Below are positions 27,701-41,414 of a stretch of 64,000 nucleotides of DNA, one piece after another. How positions within the stretch are numbered: position 1 is the first letter of the stretch; the number at the start of each line of letters is the position of its first letter. The notes under the pieces are model-generated. The model saw only the letters and a list, made by a program, of their open reading frames with translations, had not been told where the DNA came from and did no database searches. Source of the DNA: Chiloscyllium plagiosum. Taxonomy: Eukaryota. The stretch spans positions 13,694,057-13,758,056 of the forward strand of contig NC_057735.1 in the NCBI RefSeq assembly GCF_004010195.1, in the 5' to 3' direction. The translations under genes were made by a program, and so were the position numbers.

Positions 27701-28350
27701 GATGCTGTGATGAAGGGGTTATCTTTTGAGGAAGGATTTGTGGTCAGATTGGGCCTGTATTTAATGGAGTTTAGAAAGATGAAAGGCTTCCCTAGGGGAG
27801 TCAACAGTGTGGATGCTGAAAGAATGTTTCAGAATAAGGGATCTCCCATTTTAAATGATGAGGAAAAGGTTTTCTATCAATCATTGACTGATGAAATTCT
27901 TTTTCCTAAACAGAAGCAGAGGAATTGATTTAGATCGATTTCTCATTGATAAGGGAGTCAGAGGTATTGAGGATCGATAGGAAAGTAGAATTGAGGTCAG
28001 AATCAGATCAGTCATGATCTTTTCTACTGTTAAAACAGACTCCAGGAGTTGAATAGCTTACTCCTACTTCTAATCTATATATTTCTAAGTTCAAATATCA
28101 CCATTACTTCACTATTCACACAAAACCTAGACTTCCTTTCCCAACAGCACTATGGGTGTAGCTACCCCACATGGACTGCAGCATTCCTAGAAGGCAGACC
28201 ATCACCACCACCGCAAGGATAATTAAGGATATGCAACAAATCCAGGCCTAGCTAAAAAACCCCACCTCCTACCTCCTGTGGAAGAATAAAAATCCCACTC
28301 CCAAAGCTTAAACACCCAAAATGCGATATCCAAACTCAAAACTCCAAAGG

Positions 28351-28475
28351 AGAAATTGAGGACTGCAGATGCTGGAGACCAGAATTGAAAGATGTGGTGC
28401 TGGAAAAACACAGCAGGCCAGGCAGCATCCGAGGAGCAGGAGAATCGACGTTTCGGGCATAAGCCCTTCTTCAGG
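28351..28475 (-). mobile_element. 125-bp PLE-terminus insert with intact hammerhead core and 13-bp TSD
   Basis: Flanked by AAAACTCCAAAGG at 28338-28350 and 28476-28488. Minus strand reads C-CTGAAGA-A-GGGCTTATGCCC-GAAA-CGTC-GATT followed by the family A tail. Confidence 0.88.
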
Positions 28476-28477
28476 AA
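28443..28477 (-). ncRNA. Minimal hammerhead ribozyme motif, family A (intact core)
   Basis: TTC-CTGAAGA-A-GGGC TTAT GCCC-GAAA-CG-TC^GATT; the 5' arm of stem I is short because of the insertion junction. Confidence 0.68.
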
Positions 28478-29270
28478 AACTCCAAAGGGTGACTAGATGT
28501 TCCGTATAACCAAGGCAGTACCAGATTTTTGTTGTGTCTTGGCGGTCCCAAGAATCTCTTCAAAAGTGGTTCAAGTGCTTGGGTTTCAGCTTTATCCTCG
28601 TTGGAAATTACGCCATGGGTAAGGAAGTGGTGACAAAATACTGATGTAGCTGGAACGTAAACGAGCTGGAATGATGATAGGGCTGGGGAGAGTATTAGGG
28701 CTGATTGGCAGCTGGTCTCAGGGACACACCTCCAGCCAGGCTTGTACTCTAAGGACTCATGCGAGATTCACTCATGAGTGTGGTATTGACAGCACCTCTT
28801 AGCTCACAAGTAGCAGAGGATCTAAGGCAAATCCTCCAATTTCAGGTAAAACCATTCATCCAGGTGGTCAGGAAGAAATAGCTCAGTACTACAATGGCTC
28901 TTATATCTCTTTAATGTGAAACTTAATACGAACAGGAGCTGGTCAACACATCCTGGGTTTTGACTTCTGAAAATCTGTCTGTCCTACATTTTGATGCAGT
29001 ACGGAAGGGTACAGCCTGGTAGAGGTGCCATCCTTTTCATATTAATGTTAAACTTGTTATTGTGCTCAGATGGTTAGAAAAGATGTCATAGCTTTATTGT
29101 GAAGAACAACAAGGGAGTTACACTCTGGCTAATATTTATCCCTTTATCAACATTACAAATTAAATTGATCTAGTCATTATTACATTGATGTTGAATGGAC
29201 TTTGCTGTGAACATATTGGCTGCTACATTTCCTACTTCCCAACTGCAATCAACTTCAGAAAGTATTGAAT

Positions 29271-29369
29271 TCTGATGAAATATCATTTCAACTTGACACA
29301 TTAACTCTGCTTTTCTCCCCAATGTTGCCTGACATGCTGTGTTTTTACAAACTTTTTATTTGGTTCTTT
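29271..29369 (+). mobile_element. Highly decayed family C insert
   Basis: tCTGATGAaatatcatttcaacttgacacattaactctg... with diverged flanking repeat aacttca(g/a)aaagta at 29251 and 29370. Confidence 0.5.
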
Positions 29370-29869
29370 AACTTCAAAAAGTACTTAACGAGTTGTACAA
29401 TGCTTTGAGATGCCAATGAGGGTGAAAAGCAGGATGCTTGCCTTTCAGCTTAAATGGCAATTTGATCCAAGCTTTCATAAACAGGAACTGATAAGGGTAG
29501 AGCGTGAACATTTGCAAAGATTTTTTTGGATATCTTGATATTGTGCAAAGTAGATTTATTTAAACCCTTCAACCCTCCAGAAACATCTGAAAGGATTCTC
29601 CAGTAGCTAAAAATACGTAACATTTCCTGGACACTGGCTGAAAGCAACTTCGAGGAAATCAGTTGGGGAGGGGAGAGCATAGTCAAATGTTGCAAATTTT
29701 CCGCTTTAATTTTACAACGTTTTTTAAACTCATAATAAAATATTGACGATCATACACCAATTTAATTCCATTGTCTTTGTGCTAACTCATTGAATGCAAT
29801 ATCCAAATCAATCAATCCCCCACTTCCTTTTAACAATGCTCCTACCGTGTACATCATTATAACTAAGGC

Positions 29870-30200
29870 TTGATTTTAGCACTCCTGTTTCTGAGTGTTG
29901 TGTCGTAGTTCTGGGCACATAGCACTTCAGTGCAGCACTGAGGGAGTGCAGGGCTGTCAGATCGTGCTGTCTTCAGAAAGAGATGTCAGACCGAGGCTCT
30001 GTCTGCTTGCTTGGGTGGATGTAAAAGATCCTGTGGCACTACTTCAAAGAACTGCAAAGGAGTTATCTCTGGTGGCCTGCGCTATATTTACAACTCAATC
30101 AACTTCACAAAAACAGATCATCTGATCATTATCACATTGTTGTTTGTTATTAGAACAGTGACTACTCTTCAAAAACTATTGAATTGTCCTGTAAAACATT
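29870..30200 (+). mobile_element. Deu-domain SINE (SacSINE1/AmnSINE1-like)
   Basis: gagatgtcagaccgaggctctgtctgc...gtggatgtaaaagatcctgtggcactacttcaaaga. Related decayed copies at ~1300-1620(-), 16140-16530(+), 20280-20680(-), 28990-29420(+), 32900-33250(-). Confidence 0.65.
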
Positions 30201-30528
30201 TTGTGATGTCTGATATTTTGTTTGCAAAAGTATATACAAGTACATTGACCATTACAGAAACTCAATAAAATATCACATTTCTCATGCATCATGCCTCCTC
30301 CCAAAAGCAAAATTTGATTGTTTCCTAAATATGAAAACTACATACATTTCAATGCAAGTATTTTGTCAAAGGGGTAATATAAATGAATAGCCTCTTGGTA
30401 CATTTTGGTGTAAAGACCTTAGATGGTGACCTGTCTCCACGGCACCTTAATAGTGGTTCCTCTGGGTTTCTGTGCTGAGAGATGCACTTCCTCCTGGATC
30501 TTGGAAAGTGTCAGTCCGCAACACTTAA

Positions 30529-31306
30529 GAGTCATAGAGACGTACAGTACGCAGACAGACCCTTTGGTCCAACCAGTCCATGCCAACCAAATATCCCAAC
30601 CCAATCTCGTCCCACCTGCCTATATCCCTCCAAACCCTTCCTATTCATATACCCATCCAAATGCCTTTTATATGTAATTGTACCAGCCTCCACCACTTCC
30701 TCTGGCAGCTCATTCCATACACGTACCATCTTCTGTGTGAAAAAGTTGCCCTTTAGGTCTCTTTTATATCCTTCCCCTCTCACCTTAAACTTATGCCCTC
30801 TAGATCTGGACTCCCCCACTCCAGGGAAACGATTTTGTCTATTTATCCTGTCCATGCCCCTCATAATTTTGTAAACCTCTATGAGGTCACCCCTCAGCCT
30901 CTGACACTCCAGGGAAAACAGCTCCAGCCTGTTCAACCTCTCCTTATAGTTTGAATCCTTCAATCCTGGCAATATCCTTGTAAATCTTTTCTGAAACCTT
31001 TCAAGTTTCACAACATCTTTCCGATAGGAAGGAGACCAGAATTGCATGCAATACTCCAACAATGGTCTAACCAATGTCCTGTACAGCTACAACATTACAT
31101 CCTAACTCCTGTACTCAGTACTGTGACCAATAAAGGAAAGCATACCAAACGCCTTCTTCACTATCCTATCTACCTGCGACTCCACTTTCAAGGAGCTGTG
31201 AACCTGCACTCCAAGGTGTCTTTGTTCAGCAACAGTCCCTAGGACTTATCATTAAATGTATAGGTTCTACTAAGATTTGCTTTCCCAAAATGCAGCACCT
31301 CGCATT
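30529..31306 (-). mobile_element. CR1-clade LINE 3' fragment
   Basis: ORF 30532-31074 VRPLLEYCMQFWSPSYRKDVVKLE...VWNELPEEVVEAG; ctctatgactc tail. Confidence 0.93.
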
Positions 31307-31329
31307 TGTTAAAGTGTTTCAGGCAGACT

Positions 31330-31465
31330 AAATGCCATCATCACACAGTTGATGGTCCTCCAGTCATTGTTGAGGTTTGTGTCAGTGTGTGTTCCGGGCA
31401 ACAGCACCGAGTCAAGCATTATGAAGCTGCTCAGGATGAACCTCGTCAAAAAGCATTGCATTTCT
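31330..31465 (-). mobile_element. Tx1/L1-like LINE 3' ORF remnant
   Basis: FLTRFILSSFIMLDSVLLPGTHTDTNLNNDWRTINCV. Probably related 3'-end pieces (CCRLAHSK.QDY-like) at ~51790-51990 and ~52540-52720 (+). Confidence 0.5.
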
Positions 31466-31688
31466 CCGAGTGCCACGGTTTCCTCCCACAATCCAAAGAT
31501 GAGCAGGTTAGGTGAATTGGCTATGCTAAATTGCCAGAGTGTTCAGGGATGTGTAGGTTAGGTGCATTAGTCAGGGGTAAATATAGGAAAATAGGTTAGG
31601 GGAATGGGTGTGTTTGGATTACTCTTCGGAGGGTTAGTGTGAACTTGTTGGGCTGAAGGGCCTGTTTCCACGCATAGGGATTCTAATT
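31465..31688 (+). mobile_element. 5'-truncated V-SINE
   Basis: ggtttcctcccacaatccaaagatg...gggctgaagggcctgtttccacgcatagggattct. Confidence 0.82.
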
Positions 31689-34220
31689 TAAATGCCATCT
31701 TCACAAAGTTGATGGTCCCACAGCGTGTGGACTGCTGCAGTTCAAGAAGGCAGCTCACCACCTTCTAAGGGCAACCTAGGGCAGGCAGTAAATGCTGGCC
31801 TAGCCAGTGACACCTACACCTATGAATAAATCTTTTAAAAACCGCTTTGTTTGACACAGGACATATAGGAAAAGAATGTTGTTTGACTGGGTGCAGTGAT
31901 TGGCGATGACTAAGACTTCACAGATATATCCAAATACTGTTGGCAGCCTTAACACACATCACATTATCCCCTCTTGTAATAAAACCACAAGGAGATACTG
32001 GGCCAGTGGCATCAAACAAAATATTTTCCCTTACTAAGAGGGGCACAACTAATAAAAAAACACAAGGAAGCTTATAAAATCAAACATTATCACCCCTGAC
32101 CAGTACAAATTCCAGTCCCTTTACGACAATGCATTTACTGCTACTTTAACATTTTGAAGAGAAATAGAGAGAAATTAGTGTTTTGTTTTACACTAGACAA
32201 TAAAGACAGGACTATAAAAAACAGGGAAACTGCTATCACTTGTTTAAATTAACTTATGCCTAGTTTCCTGTTTCAGAAATAAAAATGCTTTTCATTTTTA
32301 TAATACTCTATCTTTCCAGTCCAGCCTCTATTGTTCAGAACACCACTTATCCAGAAGTTTTTTTGAGTGGACCCAAATGATTCATCATTTTAGTAGAGTA
32401 TTTTGGGAGCAGAATACCTGTAAGATAACTAAAACTGGGTTTTATTGCTGCTTTATAAATGCATTATCACTCATGTTTTTCAGTTCACTCATGTATGATC
32501 AGATATTCCAAGATCTTTCATATTCCAGAACATTTTGAAATCCAGAAATAAATTGGTCCAGATTGGAGAAGTGACAAAGTACATCCTGGTTTTCTGAAAT
32601 GCTTTGCAGTCAATGAATTACCCTTGAAGTATTATCTTGAAGCAGTAGGTGATGGCCTAGTGGTATTATCGCAGAAATGTTAATCCAGAGACCCAAGCTT
32701 GAATCATACTATGCCCGATGATGGACTTTGAATTCAATAAAAATTTGGAATTAAGAGTCCAATGTTGAATAGATCGTCAGAAAAAACCCATCTGGTTCAC
32801 TTAATGTCCTTTAGGGAAGAAAACTGCCATCCTCAGGGATGGGTAATAAATGCTGGCCTCGTCAGCAATGCCCTCAATCAGTGAATGAATATTTTTAAAA
32901 ATTACTGCTGCAAATTTGAGGGCAGAATTGCACACAAAAAGGACAGCATGATAAACAAGCAGTTAATCTATTTTGGTTGAAGGCCTGATGGGCTGAATGG
33001 ACTCTTTCTGCACTGTACACGTCCATGCTTTTGTGAAGGATAAATACTGACCAAGAGAACTCTTCTATCCTTCAATGTATGTGAGGGTTAATTCACATTA
33101 CACACAAGACTTCAGTTTAAATTAACATTTTATACAAAATAAAGAATATTATCTCTCAAAACAAAGCTCTGCACTTAAATGTCAGCACAGATAAAGCATG
33201 CAAACTCCAAGAATGAAATTTAAACCCAGAACCAAGACTGCCACCACTTAACCAAATTGACACATCTTGAGCAGCCCTTCAATCGTGTAATACATACCAA
33301 AATATTTGAAGTCTGCTGCAACACTGTGCTAACCTGGCCTGTCCCTTTCAAGATCATGGCTGAAATATTTCCAAAGGTCAGTGGTCTAAACAGGCAAATA
33401 TGTTATTTCCTGACCTCAACTGCAAGGTATCTGAACTTCTGTAATTTTGTTAAAGTGCAGCTTAGAAGAGACAATTATCAAATGATCAGCTTTGTTATTA
33501 AAACATGTTTTTAATTTGTAACCATTGTGCAACAACTGGAACGTAATGGGATCCAGATTTTGTAGACATTCATAATTAGATCTAATAATTTTGTTAAACA
33601 AGTTTACAATCTAACTTTATTTTTGGAACAAGAATGAAATGCATTAAAAATGTCATATAAAATACTGCCTTTCCCTGTGACTTGGTTTTGGTGAGTTTCC
33701 TTCTCTTTTGTTTTGTTAGACACTCGATTTAAAACTAAATCCCCTCTCCCACCTTGCACTCATCCAATTCTCTCCACTCTCTGGTCAGTTTTTTCCTATT
33801 GAGAGTTGAGTTCCAAAATGTCAGCTGCCATCATTGTACCTTTCCCCAGAGGCCTACCCCAAGAGTGATCTCTCAGTCATTTCAGAAGGCTATTTAAGAG
33901 CATAATTGAGTGTCATAGCACTGAAAGGAGGCCATCTAGCCCACTCAGCCTTTGTCAGCTATTTAGAAAAAAAATCAAATTTGATTTGATTCCCACTCTT
34001 TCCCCATAGCCATACAACTGCTTTCCTTTCCAAGGAAACATCCAATGAAAGGTGATATTAAATCTGAGCTCTCCCATTTAAGAGTGAGATAACTTTTTAC
34101 TTCCCTCTAAAGGGTTGCTACTGGGAGGGCTGTGGAGGCTGAATCATTGAATATATTCAGGGCAAAGTCAGTTTCCTTTCATCAAAGAAAACAAATAATC
34201 AAAGCTTATGGAGACAGATA

Positions 34221-34409
34221 CTGAGCTGAAAAACGTGTTGCTGGAAAAGCGCAGGTCAGGCAGCATCCAAGGAGCAGAATCGAGCATAAGCCCTTCTTCA
34301 TTCCTGAAATGTCGATTCTCCTGCTCCTTGGATGCTGCCTGACCTGCTGCGCTTTTCCAGCAACACATTTTTCAGCTCTGATCTCCAGCATCTGCAGTCC
34401 TCACTTTCC
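34221..34409. mobile_element. Fold-back pair of family A PLE termini with perfect 16-bp TSD
   Basis: CTTATGGAGACAGATA at 34205-34220 and 34410-34425. Minus copy ~34223-34300 and plus copy ~34301-34409; hammerhead cores partly deleted. Confidence 0.88.
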
Positions 34410-35786
34410 CTTATGGAGACAGATAGGAAAGTGGAGTAAAGACCGAAATTAGATCAGCTATGATCTTATTGAATGGTGGAACAGGCTCAGAAACAGCCTA
34501 TTCCTGCATCTATTGAGGTATTGAATTCTAGATCGTGAAAACATGAGGCATAAAATAAAATCCTAACCTATACCTGCATCATTTACTGCAAAAGGCATCA
34601 CAGCCAAGCTGAAGCCTGCCCTTGTCAAATATTCGCATATCTCCAAAACCAGACAACAACAACTCAAGAACCATGAACAATATACTGAGGTCCAGGATAT
34701 GTATGTGTCAATATTTGATCACTGCTGCCATCCAACTGAGATCAGTAATCACAACACTATTTTTTCCTAAATAATTTTCCATGCCTGTATTCCAAGTCTG
34801 TTTGCACCAAGAGGTTTCATATTTGCCAATTCAGTCGATGGAGAACAAATCTTTAAATGATGGTGCCCACAAACCCACTTAACAATATAGGTGCTGTCTG
34901 TGCTGACTACAATGCTACTGTAGAGGCTGCAAAAACTTTATGGCATTTGAAAAGTGCTTCAAAATAAACTTGACACAGGTGTAACAGAAAAGTAAGTGCG
35001 TGCAATGGAAATCTTGTCTGAAAAATATGATCCACTTTGATGTACATTACTTGTAAAAATAAACACTTCCATATGTTCAGCCTTACAATTCTTAATAACT
35101 CCCCTCTGTTGACAGATGTTTGTATTGGGACAAGAAATTAGGAAATAATATAACAATTGGCAATACACTTTTAAAAAAAATAAAAACATTGAAAGAAGGT
35201 GTTTTTAAACACATCAACGTGTCATGCCTGAAACTCAAAACATGTAGGATCCACTGACCTTGTCAGTCATTCCATTTGGGAACAGACACTGAAACAGCAA
35301 TATTTTGCATATCATGTTAAAACTAATTAGCTGCACTCATCAGTCTCTGAGTTTTCAGAACTGAACCAGGTGAGTGCCAAGAATCGGGCATAAGATTAAA
35401 GATACATTTACAGCTGGTAACTCCACAGGCTGTCTTGTCAGCTGCACAAGGCATACAGTGAGAAAGAGAGAGAGAAAGACACACACACACACATACAGAG
35501 TCTTAAGTTGCCACCACCTGTTGGTAGCATGAGGTGCTCCCAATCCTAGTTTCTATTGCTAATTGTCAACATCATAAACAACAAAAGCAGATTGTCATTG
35601 CTTTTATTTATTAATTCCTCAGCACAGGCACAATAAACATGATTGGCCTCCTGCGCTGTTGGGCTATCTACCAGATGGTGCTAATAACTTGGTTACTCAT
35701 GCTGACTTCTTGAGGAGGGGAGCAGACATCACTATGATTGGAAGGGGAATGCAGCATTAAAGTAGGAAAGCCTTGCTACAACTGTA

Positions 35787-36642
35787 CAGGTTGGAGGTGT
35801 CATTGATAGTGTCGAGGGCTAGTGCAAGCTGCAGTGCGACATAGACAGGATGCAGAGCTGGGCTGAGAAATGGCACATGGAGATCAACCTGGATAAATGT
35901 GAAGTGATATATTTTGGAAGGTCGTACTCAAATGCTGAATATAGGATTAAAGACAGGATTCTTGGCATTGTGGAGGAACAGAGGGATCTGGGTGTGCAAG
36001 TACATAGATCCCTCAAAGTTGCCACACGTGGATAGGGTTGTTAAGTATATGGTGTTCTGGCTTTCACTAACAGGGGGATCAAGTTTAAGAGCCGCGAGGT
36101 TTTGCTGAAGCTTTACAAGTCCCTGGTGAGACCACACTTGGAATATTGTGTCCAGTTCTGGTTGCCCTACTATCGGAAAGATACAGAAGCTTTGGAGAGG
36201 GTGCAAAGAAGGTTCACCAGGATGCTGCCTGGACTGGGGGGCTTGCCTTATGAAGAAAGGTTGAATAAGCTTGGATTTTTATCTCTGGAGAGGAGGAGGA
36301 AAAGAGACCTGATCGAGGTGTACAAAATAATGAGAGGAATAGATAGTGTCAATAGCCAGAGACTTTTTCCCAGGGCAGGATTGACAGGTACGAGAAGTCA
36401 TAGTTTGAAGATATTAGAAAGAAGTATAAAGGAGATGTCAGAGGTAAGTTCTTTACGCAAAGAGTTGTGAATACCAGCTGTGGTGGTGGAAGCAGTCATT
36501 AGGGACATTTAATCAACCTCTGGACATGCACATGGATAGCAGTGAGTTGAGGGGTGCGTAGGTTAAGTTACTATATTTGACATTAGGATTAAATCTCAGC
36601 ACAACATTGTGGGTCAAAGGGCCTGTTCTGTGCTGTACTTTT
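35787..36642 (+). mobile_element. CR1-clade LINE 3' fragment (different subfamily)
   Basis: WAEKWHMEINLDKCEV...LYKSLVRPHLEYCVQFWLPYYRKD...LERVQRRFTRMLPGL. Confidence 0.9.
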
Positions 36643-39350
36643 CGCATTGGAGAAACCGTATCTAGAGATTTGCATGCAGTATTTGTCCCCTTATTAAAGA
36701 GGGATATATTTGCATTGAAAGCACTCCAGATAAAGTTCAGCAAACGAATAAGTGGTAATCTTATTGAAACAAAAATGTTCCAAGGGAACTTGACAGGATG
36801 GAGACTAAGATGATATTTTTCCTTGTAAGAGAGAATCTTATAGAGCTGGGGACTTTTATTGTCCCTGTTTTAAAAGGTTATTCGGATATTTATTCCCATA
36901 TTGTATCAATTGAGCAGAAATATACATGCAAAGAAAGAGTCCTGAGGATAGCCAAAAATCTCTGTGGTAGGGAACTAAGACTCCAGGCTCTCAGGATCCT
37001 TCCTTTACTCTTGCTTTAAGGTTGCTAATCTGAGCAGGTGGAGCAGGATGTTTCCTTAGCAGTCCTTGACCAGGAGATAGGTAAAGAGAAATTATCCCCA
37101 GTCTTCATTACGATCCAATGAACCCAGTCAAAAGCATAACGACTGGCTATCTGATGACAGAAGGCTTATTTCAGTAACTTCCTCAAACCTTACAATAGCT
37201 GTCCCCCATGCCTCCAATTCTGGTTTTGCATGTTTTCTACCTTCTACCTCTTCCAGCTGTCTGCCAGCAAAGTTACGGAATTCTCTCAAATCTTTCTGCT
37301 TTGCTCTCTCCCTTGAAGGCAGTTCCTAAAAATCCCCTTGTTGATCAAGGTTTGGGTCACCTACCCTATCTTATTTGTTGGCTAAGTGCCTTCGTTATCT
37401 TATGATCTTATGAAACTTCTTGGGATGTTCTACTTACAAATGTGGGGAACTGATTCAATTAAAGGTTGGTGCTTGTCATGGCCAAGTAACCGTACCAACA
37501 TTCTATCCAGGTCTTCACTGGAAGCATGTTAACAAGTTGCTGAAGAACTGGAAAAATCTCTTCCTTATCTCAAGAACAGTCAGTATGAGAACTGAAATGT
37601 TGATGTGGGGAGAAAAAAAATAAGAACAATCACAGACTAGTCTACATTTCAAATGTGTGCCCCTCAAGAGTGCTGTCTCCACATGTTGTAAACAACCTGA
37701 ACGTTTCCAGCATTTTATTTTTGTATCATATTTCTAACCTATTTGTATTTCTTTTTGTTTTTCAGCAGACAGGTTGTTCTGTTTGTCTATTTGCTCAGTT
37801 AATTAAATCTCACTTTTACTGCTAACCCAGTCACCATATGACACAAAAGCACTTCATAAATCCAACAATTCCACTGTAGCAATCCTCAGTACAAAATCAA
37901 CACAAATTCTCTGCATTCAGCACACTGTAGGTCTTGTACTTTTGAAAAGGATTCAGAGCACAAACACCTCCCAAAATTGACATTGTTAGTAAGTCACTTC
38001 ATGGTGTGCCTTTGCAGTTTATGACACTATCTCAATCTCTGGCAGTAGTGGAGTGATATGTTCCATCAATGAATTGTCTTTTTCAGAAATAGATAAAACC
38101 ACTAATCATTGCACAAATACAACATGCTACATAACAGTCTGGATAGATTTAAACAAGAGATATAATGAGCTTCAGAATTAAGGCATCTAAAATCTCACTG
38201 CAATAAAATTGGATTTTCTCATCTCCCCACTGTATTGGTGTTTTATCTTACTTTTGGGAATAAGTTGTGTTCCGTAAATTGTTTTGATGGCCCTCAAGAA
38301 TCTCATTGCAGTAGGGAATGGAGACATCCAGGCTATTGTGATCCTTCCCTTACTCTTGCTTTGAGTTTGCCGATCTGGGTAGGTGGAACACCATGTGGTT
38401 CTTTAGCCCTCCTTGACCAGGAGATAAAGAAAAAGTAATTATCCCCAGTTTTAATTACTATCCAGTTGGAAGATAGTTCAGACACTCAACAAACAAAAAG
38501 CAAACACATCAAATTCTTTTGATTTTCTTTTAAAAGCAGCAGCATTAGCCAGATTCAATGATAGATACATTTGTAGAGAATTTCAAATGTTTAATAGGCA
38601 AAATTTAGAAACACCCAACAGCATCAGCAGTTGACCAGCACCTCACAAGGGGCACCATTCACATGCAGATCTGCCTTCAGCAGGCTGTCTGGTCACAAGC
38701 AGCATTCTTGTCCACTCCAGAAGCCCACACAATTGCTCCAGTTGGGGTCAACGGGTCAGATATGGGACATTCTTCTGGTTTAAATTCGCTTCTCAGCCTG
38801 TGCTTGCGATGTTGATCCAATGTAGACTTTAACACAAACTGAAATCTATCTCACTAATTTTACAAAGCCGGTAAGTTCATTTGCCAGCATGAACCAGCAA
38901 AAGAAAAAGGCATTTACAAAGCCTAAGACAATCTTTCAGTCCTAATCTAAAGCAAAGCAGTTTATCTTCATTGAGCTTGTGACTTATACGGTTGCACAGG
39001 AAGACATTAAGAATTTATTTATCAGAACAGAAAATACAGTCAATATTCTGGTCAAGCAGCATCTGCAAGTAAGGAACAGAGTAAACATTCAAAATGACCT
39101 TTCATCAGCAGTTTTCTCTCTGCACAGAGACTGCATGTACTACTGAAAATTTGTCACATTTTTTATTTTTATTTCGGATTTTCAACATTGGTTTTGTTTA
39201 AAGATTATTCAGCTGTTAGGAGCTGGAGAGTGTTTCTCCTTTGCCACTGAATTTCTAAACCCCACATGACCCACAGTCAGGCAGGCAGTCTGAATCACTC
39301 ACATGACTTTCAAATCAATCATTGGATGTGCGGTCAAACACAAGGCTGTA

Positions 39351-39444
39351 ACAAAACAGAAACCGCTGGAAAATCTCAGCAGATCTAGCAGCACATGTGG
39401 AGTGAAAGCAGGGTTAATGTTTGGGTCCACTGATGCTTCTTCAT
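39351..39444 (-). mobile_element. Degenerate family C hammerhead insert downstream of the MED20 stop
   Basis: Minus strand ATGAAGA-A-GCATCAGTGGACCC-AAA-CATT-AAC plus family C tail. TSD AAGGCTGTA at 39342-39350 and 39445-39453. Confidence 0.7.
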
Positions 39445-39952
39445 AAGGCTGTACGTTCCCTTCAGATCTTTGCTGAAAGCTTCCACTCACCACTTGTTTT
39501 AAGGTTGCCAAGCTTGAAATTGCAAAAGCACAGAGTCATCTCTTCAGGTTGTGCCATATTTAATTGAATAATTCTACTCCAAAGACATTCCAAACAAGGG
39601 AATCAGTGTGAGCAGAGTTGGGATAGTGGGGTTAGAGGAGAGATTAAAAATAACGCACAGGAAGATTTCACTGATCATATTAGAAAAGTGACACCCAGAT
39701 GTTGAATGGCCACATCTGTCGATAGAGGGGGAAAGCAACAAACCATTTTTCTTGACTACACCTTCTGTTCCTTTGAAGCAGAAAGTACTGTGTGAAATTT
39801 TTGCAGCACCTTGAATGATTCCTAGAACATTCCATATTGAACATGTGCTATTTACTTTTGCAAGAATGTGGTTTAGACTGCAAAAAGTAACAAAACATAT
39901 AAAGTATGAAGTTCATATGCAACTCAATTCAGATTTCCCACACTGAAGTAGT

Positions 39953-40168
39953 CTATCTAATTCCAGACACAGGGGCCTGTTGCTGTTTCCGAATCTTATT
40001 GAACAGCTCCATGTATTGAATAGCTGTGTCTGTTGGTGTATAAATTCCATCATGTTTTGCTGAGAATACAGAAGGCATCCCGGGTGTATGGCTTCCCATG
40101 AAACTTTGCATGAATTCCATCATGAGATTCCAACAGTCATTGGAGATAATGCAAGGACAGTACTCCAC
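39953..40168 (-). CDS. MED20: MED20 coding exon 4 (216 nt incl. TAG)
   Basis: Acceptor ttccag|GTG GAG TAC. Encodes [30 protein letters not shown]...[21 protein letters not shown], the MED20 C-terminus. Joined CDS 14+152+254+216 = 636 nt = 211 aa plus stop. Confidence 0.97.
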   Translation of the reverse strand: MEYCPCIISNDCWNLMMEFMQSFMGSHTPGMPSVFSAKHDGIYTPTDTAIQYMELFNKIRKQQQAPVSGIR

Positions 40169-41414
40169 CTGGAATTTTGAAAAACACAATATTTACTCTT
40201 TTATGTAGATCTTACTTAACTGCAAGTTTTCTCTTATGTACGGTCAGGTCACTGCCAGGATAGGCCAAGAGAAGACTAAAACAGATGTCACAGAGAAAGT
40301 GGAAGAAGGGATACATGATATCAGGAGTAGGCCATTCAGCCCCTCCAGCCTATTCTGCTATTCATTGAAATCAAGGATGGTCAGTGGCCTAACTCTATAT
40401 ACTTGCATTTGGCCCACCTCCCTTAATACCATTGCTAAACAAAAATGCATTTATCTAGATTTAAAAAATTAACACTGGACTAGCATGAACTGCCCTTCAT
40501 GGAAAGACTTCCAAACCTCTGCCATTGTTTAGGGACATCAGTCCAGCACCTTTGTTAAACTAAACTAAAGAGTCAGGAGCTATCCAATTTCTTTTTGTAG
40601 ACCACCCATTCTGATTTCAAGTTTTAAAAAAATCAAATTGTTGTAATTACTAAAAAAGGGACAATTGATTTTCACCTTCCCCACCAATCTCTACCATCCA
40701 ACATCCGTTTTCCTTTACCCTCCCCATAATCCCATTTGGCACAAGGAGTGATTCAAGTTTGCACATCAAAGGACGGAATCGACACAGATTGCACCTTTAG
40801 CCACTCCTGTCACATAGAGTTAACTGAATAAAGTTGCATGGGGGAAGGCACTGGGAACTCACTCAACATGGAACATTTTACCACGCATCTGCTCTATCAA
40901 AGCTGTTGCAAACTGCAATTTACTACAAGCATTCTTGTGAGGAACAAACAAGTCTTCACTCAGAAGATATTGTTTAATTACAAACAACGAAAATTCTCAA
41001 TCTTCCTTGTGACTACCTTAATCTGCACCCACCCACCTCACCCTCAAACCCAGGTCAAAATACCACTTTGCATTTGCAATTATCCAGAATGCTGCTGCCC
41101 ATTTCTTACTTGCACCAAGTTCTGTGCTTCCTGACTTACATATCTCCGTAGCCTCCTTCAGACTCTCAGCCCTCAAAAGCATCTGTCACCTCTAATTCTG
41201 GCTTCTTCTGTATCCTCAATTTTAATTGCTCAATCATTGATAGTCATGCCTTTAGGGCTTGGGCCTCTGAACTCTGGAATACCCTCTATTATACACCTTT
41301 CCATCTCACTACCTTTAGCACCCTCATTAGAATCTCTCTCTTGACCAAATACCCCATGGGTAGAGTATACATTGCTTAGCATGTGTTTTGAATTCATAAT
41401 TTTTATTAGTCAGA

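Noticed and set aside
39014-39019. MED20 polyadenylation signal (AATAAA on minus strand)
   Set aside because: One of several candidates in AT-rich or TE sequence; cannot be chosen without transcript data.
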